Of a DNA stretch of 64,000 bases, positions 49,714 to 60,000 are shown in pieces. The DNA lies in assembly GCA_043228905.1 (NCBI GenBank), contig JBHGNT010000021.1:12834001-12898000 (forward strand), in the 5' to 3' direction. A model generated the notes under the pieces. It ran no database searches. It saw only the letters and a program-made list of their open reading frames with translations, and was not told the origin of the DNA. Each line of letters starts with the position of its first letter. Position 1 is the stretch's first letter. Source of the stretch: Azolla caroliniana (taxonomy: Eukaryota; Plantae; Polypodiophyta). Position numbers and translations under genes: made by a program.

Positions 49714-52029
49714 ACTCCGCATCCCCTGAGCCGTTCCTCCGCTCTCTTCCTTTCCCGGCCGTTCACGCCGGCCATAGTACAACCTCCGTTGTCGGAGAAG
49801 CAAAATTTCCTACCTATGGTACAGGTCTTCTTCCCTACTATACATTTATGGGGTTTTTCCGGGGTGTCCGGACTATCGCGGCCCCATGCCTTGATAGCCC
49901 TCTCTAAAAATCCCCTCGGGTTTCACCACCGAGGGTCTCACGGTTACGCTCATGGTTTGGTCGTACCGTTAGGAACTGGACTGAGTGACGCTCGTCCTGG
50001 CTCTTGACTCTTGTGTAGGCCGAACCGTTCTCCAACACCTTGATCTCCATCCGTGCCGCCGTGATGTATGGTTCTCCTAGTATAACCGGATGTGAGGACG
50101 TCTCCTGCACGAAGAAGTGCTGGTCGATCTCGACATCACCTATTTTCACCCGTATGTTCGGGCAGGCTCCATGTAGTTCCTCCGTGGCGCGCGTCGCTGC
50201 CCGTATTTTCCAGCCGTGTTTGGTGTTGATCGGCCATTCCCCTTTCTGTAGAAGTCCATGGACATCAAATTGATTTCTAAACTGTGGTCCACCAACGCCA
50301 CCACCGGCTCCAGGACATCCCTGACCTTAATAGGGGTTTCTGTGGTCGCTCTGGCCCAGTGCAGCCTCGAATAGTGGCTCTCCGCCAACTCGTCTTCTAG
50401 CGCCATGCCCTCTATGTGCGTCGTTCGCACTTCCACCGGCTTCTCTGGCTTTGGGTCTGTCGACAACCTCTTCCTCTTCACCAAGTCTACGATGGAGTCA
50501 TGGAAATCCTTCTTGGCGATCCCAAGCACTTCCCTCAGCGACAGTTCCACTTTGCTGTCGAGGATGCGTTCCTCCAGGACCTTTCGCAGGTCCGTGGTCC
50601 TTTCGATTTCCGTGCTCAACTAGTACCCGACCTTCTTGGCTTTATCCGGAGCGCCGGTCGCACCGGCCTCATTTTGCCTTTGACCGAATCGGGTCTTGTA
50701 CCGTTGCGAGGGCCCGACCCCTCCGGTTTTACCTATTTGCTTGTCTTCCACCAGAGCCTCGTAGTTCTGGCATGCGGCTTCAACGAAGCCCGTCTTCTCT
50801 TCGACCGGGTTGCTCCACCCGGTTACCTCTCGGACCCGTTTTTCCGCGCGGTCCGCTTCTTCTTTCCTTAGCCTTGCGCCGGCGAGGCCTTCCAACATCA
50901 ACGGCCAGAATCCGGCTTCGTTCATCTTCCGGGCCTTACCACCTCCGACCCGGATCCCAGCCGACGCCGAGTAGTGGACGGTCTCCACGTGGCGAGCCGC
51001 CGCTTCTTCCATCAGCCGTTTCATACCCCCTCGTCCGACATTTAGGTCCAGGGCCCTTCGGGTCTCGCTAGCATGCACCCGACCATTCCATAGGTACACC
51101 ACGTTGGCTCTCATTGCCTCCACGAAGTCCCCGCAGTCCTTCCGGATGTGGCTGACCGCGTCGCACCACAAACACCGATTTCCAGCCAGAGGCCTTCGGT
51201 CACGGGCTTGTTCGCCGCCGTCCCTCTGTGCCTGTGCAATCTGGAGGTCCTTTACCATCCTAGTCAGCTCCTCTAGAGCTGCTCCTCCGGACGAACCTTT
51301 GACCATACCGGTCGAAGTCGTTCCGGTCTTGAGCCAGTCTCGGGTCTCTTCCCTTTGCACTGGCGGGATTAGCTTGAGTTTCCTTGCTGTTACAGAGCCT
51401 GCCCCGATTGATCCTTTATCGACCCAGTCTCGCTGTTTGTCGAAACGGCCACAAACCCTCTTCACCACAACCCAGTCGGCCGTCAGCCCGTCATCAGTCT
51501 CTAGCAGGAGACCCACTTGCTCCTGGTCCCTCGCATCCACCGACTTAACGAACAACAGGACGCGACTTGTGTCTAGTACGGTCCGGTCGAGTGCCAAAAG
51601 ATGCGCGAAGCGTTCTTCAAATTGCCGGAGGAGCACCGACGCATTTCTCCCCTTTTCGGGGGTCTCTACCCATTCCATGAATTCCCGTTTCGAGAGCCGA
51701 AGCGCGTTATTAAGCCCGTATTTTCCGAGGAGCCGACCTTCGAACTCTTCCCAAGTCCGGCTCTTAGCCCGTACCTCGAGCACCTCCGCATGGATGCCCG
51801 GCATCGCCACCCGAGGGAATCCGGTCAGTCGCCTTTCTTCCGAAATGTCTCTCATTACCATCTCGGCCCGGTAGGCTTCCAAATAGCTCGTGGCATCCTT
51901 CCCACGGAACCAGCCTATCGTGCCGACGACCGCTTCAATAGCCCTATTGAGGGCGCTTGCGCCTTCGCGCGAACTCACTATCCGATCCACAGCCGAAGGC
52001 ATGGCTTCTGCGAGATCCGACCCTCTCAT
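49714..52029 (-). pseudogene. Element A gag-protease and start of the -1 frame pol, disrupted
   Basis: 469-aa Gag with CLWCDAVSHIRKDC, then a premature stop. Protease VDHSLEINLM (DHGSE in element D). The frame ends GDF* at 49904. Confidence 0.85.
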
Positions 52030-52774
52030 CTTTCTATTCCTCTGCCGCCTGTTGATGTCGGGTTCACCAAATATGTCACATTATTACGCGTGTGCGTGGG
52101 GAACAAGGCGGGACCAACGGGGTCTTGGACCGAGAAATAGCTGAGAAGGAGGAGAGCGGAAAGGCAACGGACTTTCTTGCACACACACAGACATGGATGC
52201 ACGCAGGAATCGCAGTCCAACAACACGGCAAAACGAGACGACTTGAAGTCCGAGTATATGAAAACGTATGTATATTAATATATGTATATATATCGAGACG
52301 GTTACAACTAATAGGCCGGCAAGGCGAACACTGACGCTTGTTCACACACACACACACACAGAAGAGCGAGATGGGGATTCGGCCGGAAGCACACAGGCGT
52401 TCCACGGAGCAGAGTCGGCCTCCCGAAAAACTACGCAAAAATGGCTATGGAGAGTGGCAGAGGAGAACGGCTCGGTCCTAGTCTGGCAACACTTCGTCCT
52501 CCCTATCACACGATACCTTTCCCCATTCCTCTCCCTCTCTTTTATAGCCCAAGGAGGGAGGCCGTTATCATCCGTTACATCATATTTATTCTCTGTCCTT
52601 TTGGACAGAGATACACCTCGATTCTCTCCTTATTGAATGCATGGTACCTAGGATTTCCTCTCAGCCGACTTGTACCTACCTACTTACTATACAACGAAAA
52701 GTATGCTCGCGCGTAAGGGCCGGTTTACACATGCTAAACTCTGTTTCCGCCTAGGGATGGTTTTCTTCACGACA

Positions 52775-52995
52775 GCGCGTGTGTAAGTGCGTTCGTCGCC
52801 TTTCCGTTCTCCTCCTTCTCGGCTATTTCTCGGTCCAAGACCCCGTTGGTCCCGCCTCGTTCTCCAGGCATGCACGTAACAACGCGACATATTTGGTGAA
52901 CCTGACGTGAAACGGGAGGCAGAGGAATAGAAAGATAAGGGGGTCGGATCTCGCGGAAGCTATGGCTTTGGTTGTGGATCGGATAGTGAGTACGC
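52775..52995 (+). mobile_element. Element H: remainder of 5' LTR (to 52889), tRNA-Trp PBS and gag start
   Basis: Colinear with the last ~115 bp of the family LTR. Reads ...GCGACA TATT TGGTGAACCTGACGTGAA, then RGSDLAEAMALVVDRIVS, and is cut by element D at 52996. Confidence 0.85.
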
Positions 52996-55776
52996 TGTCG
53001 TGAAGAAAACCGTCCCTTAGCGCAATCGGTGCATAGCGCGCGTGAACCGGCCCTTCACACGTGCGCGCCCCTTAATGTATATAAAAGAGAATTAGGTACA
53101 AAGGCATATCCGAGGTAGTTAGATTCGGTAGGTAGGAAGTTAATGAGAAAAGCGGCTCCCTTCTTGAAGCTATAAAAGAGAGGGAGACGCGGGGAGGAAG
53201 GGATCGCGCATTGAGGAGGACGAAGTGCTGTCGGACCGTATCCGAACGCTTCTCCTCTGTTTGTTCTCTATTGCTCTTCTCTACTGGTTTTCGGGAGGCT
53301 CGCGCTGCTTCGAGGAACGCCCGTGTGCTTCCGGCAGCACCTCCATCCTACCGCCTTTCGTGCGCAGATGAACAGGCATCGACATCTGTTCGCCGGCCTG
53401 TTTGGTTGTAACCGCTCGCGTGCTCTGTGGTTTTTGGTGTCATCTGTTAATATACAAACATTCGTGTCTCTCTGTCTCTGTGTCCATTCGTGTTTTCTAC
53501 GCTGACGGGCCGTGCCCCTGTGTTTCTTTGCTCATACGTAACTGGTCGTCTCTCTCTTTCTCTTTCCCCTCCAATCACCTGCTCTTCGGTTCGAGACCCC
53601 GGTGGTCCCGCCTCGTTTCTCCACGCACCCGCGTAGCAACGTGACATATTTGGTGAACCCGACGTGAAACAGGCAGCAGAGGAGCAGAAGGTGAGGGGGT
53701 CGGATCCTGCAGAGGCCAGGGCTTCGGCCGTGGACCGGATAGTGAGCGTGCGCGAGGGCACCGGCGCCCTTGACAGGGCTATTGAGGCGATCGTTGGTAT
53801 GATCGGCTGGTTCAGTGGAAAGGATGCCACGAGTTATTTGGCGTAGTATCGGGCGGAGATGTTGATTAGGGATATTCTGGAAGAGAGGCGTCTTGCCGGA
53901 TTCCCTCGAGTGGCGATGCCGGGCATCCATGCGGAGGTGCTCGAGGTCCGGGCGGAGAGCCGGACCTGGGAGGAGTTCGAAGGACGACTCCTGGAGAAAT
54001 ACGGGCTGGATGACGCACTTCGACTTTCGAAGCGGGGCTTCATGGAGAGGGTGGAGTCCCCCGACAAAGGAAGAAATGCGTCGGCACTCCTCCGGGAGTT
54101 TGAGGATCGCTTTGCGCGCCTTTTGGCGCTCGATCGGACCGTTCTGGGCACAAGTCGTGTCCTAATGTTTGTCAAATCGGTTGACGCATGGGATCGGGAG
54201 CAAGTGGGCTCCTTACTGGAAACTGAAGATGGGTTGACGGCCGACTGGGCCGTGGTAAAAAGAGTCTGCGGTCGTTTTGACAAACGGTTGGAGTGGGCTG
54301 ATACAGGGGCGACTGGGGCGGGTCCTGTCGCAGCAAGGAATCTCGAACCGATACCGCAGGCGCGACGGGAAGAGACCCGGGAGTGGTGAGAGGCTCGTCC
54401 GGGGGGACAGCTTTGGAGGAGTTGACACGGGCGGTAAAGGATCTCCAGATCGCCCAAGCTCGGAGGGAAGGTGGCGAACAGGCTCGGGACCGACGGCCTC
54501 CGGCAGGAAATAGGTGCATGTGGTGCGACGATGTCGGCCACATCCGGAAAGACTACGGGGACTTTGCGGAGGCTTTGAGAAGCCGGGTAGTGTACTTGTG
54601 GGAAGGTCGGGTGCACGCCAGCGATACCCAGAGGGCGCTGAACCGAAACGACGGGCGAGGAGGAATGAAAAGGCTGATGGAAGAGGCGGCGGCCCGACAC
54701 GCGGAGACTGTCCACTACTCAACGTTAGCCGGTATTCGGGTCGGAGGAAGCGAGGCCCGGAAGGAGAGCAAAGCCGGGTTCTGGCCGACGGTGCTGGAAG
54801 GCCTCGCCGGTGCCCGACTAAAGAAAGACGAGGCGGACCGCGCGGAGAAGCTGGTCCATGGGGTAACCGGGTGGAGTGACCCAGTCGAAGAAAAGACGGG
54901 TTTCGTAGAAGCAGCTTGCCAGAACTACGAGGCTTTGGTTGAAGACAAACGGGTAGGTAAGACCGGAGGGGCCGGACCCTCACAAAGATACGAAACCCGA
55001 TTCAGGCCGAAACGGAACGAGGCCGGTGAGTCCAGTGCTCGGGATAACCACAAGAAGGGCGGATACCGTTTGGGCACGGAGATTGAAAGGACCACGGACC
55101 TACGAAAGGTCCTGGAAGAACGAATCCTCGACAGCAAGGTGGAACTGTCGTTGCGGGAGGTGCTTGGAATCGCCAAGAAGGAGTTCCACGACTCCATCGT
55201 AGACTTGTTGAAGAGGAAGCGGCCGTCGACGGAGGCAGAACCGGAAAGGCCGGTGGAGGTGCGGACGACGCACATAGAGGACATGGCGGTGGAAGACGAG
55301 TGGGCGGAGAGCCACTATTCGAGGCCACACTGGGCCCGAGCGACCACGGAAACCCCAGTGAAGATTGGAGATGTTCAGGAACCGGTGGTGGCGGTGGTGG
55401 ACCACGGTTCGGAAATAAACCTGATGTCCATGGACTTCTACAAGAAGGGGAAATGGCCGATCAACACCAAGCATGGGTGGAAGATACGGGCGGCGACGCG
55501 CGCCACCGAGGAGCTACACGGGGCCTGCCCAAACGTGCGAGTCAAGATCGGCGACGTCGAGATAGACCAGCACTTCTTTGTGCAGGAGACGTCCTCGCAC
55601 CCGGTCATACTGGGAGAATTGTACATAACGGCAACACGAATGGAGACCAAGGTGCTGGACAACGGGTCGGCTTACGCGAGGGTCAAGAGTCAGGACGGGC
55701 GTGACTCGGTCCAGTTCCTAACGGTGCGACCGAACCACGAGCGAAACCACGGGTCCCTCAGTGGCGAGAACCGAGA

Positions 55777-55842
55777 GGATTTTTAGAGAGGGCTGTCAAG
55801 GCGTGGGGCCGCGACAGTCCGGACACTCCGGGAAAACCCCAC
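55777..55842 (+). promoter_or_regulatory. Putative -1 programmed ribosomal frameshift signal between PR and RT (homolog in A at 49913-49848, minus)
   Basis: G GAT TTT TAG, 6-nt spacer, stems GGGCTGTC/GACAGTCC and GTGGGG/CCCCAC. The -1 frame from 55783 is open and in phase with the RT ORF at 56017. Confidence 0.75.
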
Positions 55843-57057
55843 AAATGTACGATAGAGGCGAAACCGAATAAACCTTGTACCATAAGTAGGAAGTTTTGTT
55901 TCTCCGACAACGGAGGGTGTACGATAGTCGGCGTCGTAGGCCGAGAAAAGACAAGGGCGGAAGAGCGACTTCGGGCGTGCGGAGTTCTCGGGCCCATCGA
56001 GGAGATCAACGGAGCCGTGGAGGCGGTCTCCTTCGACAATACCTTGGGAATACTGCGAGAGGTGGTCGGAGAAGGCCTTAAAGAGGACCGGACGATACCG
56101 GTTTGTTCAGAAGAAATGTACGAAGTCATTGCGGACTTCAGTCAGGGGCTCGAGTCAGATCGGACGGCCCGGGTTAACACGAAGTACAAGACTGTGGACC
56201 GGAAGGTAAGGCCAGTCGTGGCACCCTTACCGGAGGGCAGCGAGTTGCGAATCAAGGGGATCGCGTCGGACCCCAGTTTACGAGATCCGGCCTGCATAGG
56301 ATACACCTTCACCGACAGAACGCTACGGGAGCTCAAAATCGGTGGGGGCGGTTTCCTACTGCCGGCGGAAGAAGACCGGTTTCGGAGAATGCTCGGAAGG
56401 CACGGGAAAGCCTTCGCATTCTCGCCGGGAGAGATCGGGTGCGTAGACCCGACCGTCGTGAAGCCGATGGTGATATTCACGGTACCGCATGTGCCGTGGA
56501 ATCTCAAACCAATTCCGGTACCGAGAGCTCACATCCCGGAGCTGATGGAGTTGTTGAGGCAGAAAGTCGATATGGGCATCCTCGAACCGTCGAGTGCCCC
56601 GTACTCGAACCGGTGGTTTACTATACCGAAGAAGAACGGGACGTTGCGCTTCATTCAAGACCTGCAACCGGTCAACAGAGTGACCATTCGGAACGCAGGA
56701 ATCGGACCAACGATAGACGAGTTCACAGAGGCCTTCGCCGGAAGGTCGATCTACTCGGTCGGTGATCTGTACTCGGGGTACGATCAGTTCCAACTAGTCG
56801 TAGAGAGCAGGGACATTACGACGATGCGGGCTCCTCTCAGCCTAGTGCGGATGTGTACCCTGCCACAAGAAGGGATGAACTCGGTGGCCCATATGGTGAA
56901 TGCGATGAACAAGGTGCTGAGGGATTGTATCCCGAACATCACCATGCCATTCTTGGACGACATCCCGATCAAGGGATGTCCGATGGAGGAAAAGGACGAA
57001 ACGATCAGACTGGACGGATGCCGGAAATTCGTGGCGACACACATTGACGACTGCGAG

Positions 57058-60000
57058 TGTCAGGAATAGTACTAAAACAGAGATGGAATTAGTACTAAGA
57101 AGAGTAGTACTATTAGTACTAAGGGGACGGGACTGCGTAAGATTCCCGAGAGAGAGGAAGTGAGAAGAGGAGAGAGAGAGAAATAGGATGATGATAACAG
57201 CTCTTATATTATATGAAAGATAAGTACAATCGACTAAGAGGCTTAAGACTGTTGTTGAACCAATTTGGTTCAAAACAATGCCTTGTGCCTCCTTTTATAG
57301 TGTTTTTAGGAATAATCCTGAAACTTCTAGAATGTTCCAGAGAGATCTGGAATATACATCAATTTCCTATGATAAAACATAAATGAAAATAATATCCTAC
57401 AAAATACAATTCATTGTCATGATGGTAAGAGCTCGACCCATGTAGCATAAGGTCATGGGTTCGAGTCTTGCCATCATGACACCATCTCCCCCATTAAGAC
57501 GACGAGTGGAACGAGTCGGCGCTAATTGCGGACCGGGTTTGTCCGGATACTTTCGATGGAAATCAGCAAGAAAATCTTGTGCATTGGCAACATGCTCGAC
57601 GGGTTCCCAAGTACGTTCGCTCGGACTATAACCAAGCCAATCGACCAAGTAATAAAGTTTGTTGCGAACAAGTTTGGAATCGAGGATGGCAGCAACTTCA
57701 TACTCCGGGCCGGCGTCCAACTCCAGCGGGGGCGGCGGTGGTGTCACACGATCGGGAATGGTGTTTGCTTTATAAGGCTCAAGAAGAGAGCAATGGAAAA
57801 CCGGATGTATCTGAAGCTGCGGAGGGAGATCAAGGCGGAAGGTGACATCATTAATCTTCCCCGTAATACGGAAAGGACCGAGTCGTCGATAATCCAACTT
57901 GTCGCACGGTCGAGTAGTCTTGATGTGACGACGTAAGAGCCATACTTGATCTCCGATGGCAAAAGAGGAGGGAATCCGATGACGATCCGCATAAGTCTTC
58001 TATGTGTGTTGAGCATGACGAAGGTGAGTAGAGAGATCCATCTGGATCTTGCGTAGCCTCTCCAAATGATCCTCGGCACGAGGATTGGTAGGTAGCTCCG
58101 GAGTGTCGATCACCGACCAACGAGGATGAAAACCGGTATAAGCGAAAAATGGGGAGACCTGAGTCGAGGAGTGAATAGCATTATTATACGCAAACTCCGC
58201 AAAGTGGAGAATCTCGGCCCAATCGTCCTGTTGATAACTCAGGAAACACCGGAGATATTGCTCCAGCGTTTGGTTTGTTCGTTCCGCCTGTCCGTCGGTC
58301 TGAGGATGGTAGCCGGAGGAGAGGTTGCAGGAGACCTTGAGCATCTTGAAGAGATGCTGCCAAAATTTGGAGACAAATTGCGGGCCTCGGTCACTGATAA
58401 TACTGTCTGGGAGGCCATGATGCCGAAATACCTCACGCATAACAAGAGCAGCGGTTTCCTCGCTAGTGATGGCTTTAGTACATGGCACAAAGTGTGCCAT
58501 CTTCGTATATCGATTGATGACGGTTAGGATAGCATCGAACCCCTTCGAGACCGGCAAATCTGTGATAAAATCAAGACAAATAGACTGCCATGGCATACTT
58601 GGAATTGGTAAAGGTTCCAACAAGCCATATGGACGGTGTCGTGGCATCTTTGCTCGGCAGCAAGCATCACAGGTCTGAACGTAGTCGTCGACAAAACGGC
58701 GCATGTGGGGCCACCAAAAAGATCGCTACACTAGTTCCAACGTCTTAGTACTACCGAAATGTCCCGCCGTATGGGTGTCGTGACAATGTTGGACGATTTG
58801 AAGGCGACAGGAGCAATCGGGGACATATATGCGCTTTTTAAAGAATAACAAACCATCATGATATTCGAATTGTCGGTAGTCAATACCTGGTTGTTGAGAC
58901 TGAGAACAGGATGCCCGAGAAGTATCAATGTGCGCCAAGATGTCTTGAGCAAAACTATCCGTCTTCAAGGTTGCACGTATGTCATCGGAAATCCGTGAAT
59001 CCATCGGAGTGTGAAAAATCCGCGTCGTGTGCAATCGTGTTGGTCCCAAGATTACTTGCTTTTGATTATCCAATGTTGCGTCACCAGGACGAGGTGCAAG
59101 ATATGAACGCTGTGATAGTGCATCTGCTTTTCCTTGCTGCTTCCCCGGTCGATATGTGATTTTGAAGTCGAAACGCGTGAGGAATTGCGCCCACCGAGCT
59201 TGCCGTCGATTTAGTACGCGAGCGTTTTGAAAATAAGCAAGATTTTTATGATCGCTAAAGACAATGACCTGATGTGGAGAGCCCTCTAAGAAATGCCGCC
59301 ATTGTACAAATGAATCCACAATGGCTAATAACTCCTTGTCATGTATTTCGTAGTTGATTTCTGCGACATCGAATTTGCGCGAATGGAAAGCCACCGGATG
59401 CAACTCTTCTTTATCGCCTTGTTGAGAAAGGATGCTACCGAGGGCGAAATCTGATGCGTCGGCCTCCATGATGAATGGTTTGCTTGTATCCACATGAGCT
59501 AGAATCGGTGCTGATGTAAAGGCTTTCTTAAGATGCCGAAAAGCCATATCTGCTTCGATGGACCAAAGAAATGCTTGGCCCTTCTTCGTAAGTTGTGTGA
59601 GAGGTAAAATAATCTTCGAGTAATCCTGTATAAACTTACGGTAGAAGTTAGCAAAACCTAGAAAACATTGTACATCTCGTACCGACCGTGGAATTTGCCA
59701 CTCTAGTATAGTTTGGATTTTAGCTGGATCCATGGCGATGCCCTTTGAGGAGATGACGTAGCCTAGAAATTCCACTTGCTTGCAGTCAAAGCTACATTTT
59801 TCTAGCTTGGCATAAAGACCATTCTCGCGGAGTCGCTTTAGTACTAATAGTACATGAGAATCGTGCTCTTCTTGGGTCTTCGAATAAATCAACAAATCAT
59901 CCAGATAAATGATCAAACAGATATCCAAGAGGTCTCTGAATATATCATTTGCCATGTGTTGGAAGACTGCGGGTGCATTGGTTAGGCCAAATGGCATAAC

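Larger units (their letters stand above)
35639..52774 (-). mobile_element. Element A: degenerate Ty3/Gypsy LTR retrotransposon (tRNA-Trp PBS) inserted antisense into the LTR of H; 5' LTR 52774-52074, truncated 3' LTR 36219-35639
   Basis: LTR pair, with TG...CA termini on the complete 5' LTR. PBS TGGTGAACCCGACAT at 52069-52055 and PPT GGTTAGGTGGGGGCGGA at 36236-36220. Gene order is gag-PR-RT-RH-INT. Interrupted by element C with TSD ACTCC. Confidence 0.9.

Noticed and set aside
40022-56793. Numerous antisense and alternate-frame ORFs over elements A, C and D
   Set aside because: Shadow ORFs of GC-rich retroelement coding sequence with no recognisable motifs.
57423-57473. tRNA gene within the E LTR (GGTAAG...GGTTCGAGTC...CCA)
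   Set aside because: No cloverleaf can be formed; it is better explained as a long terminal hairpin.
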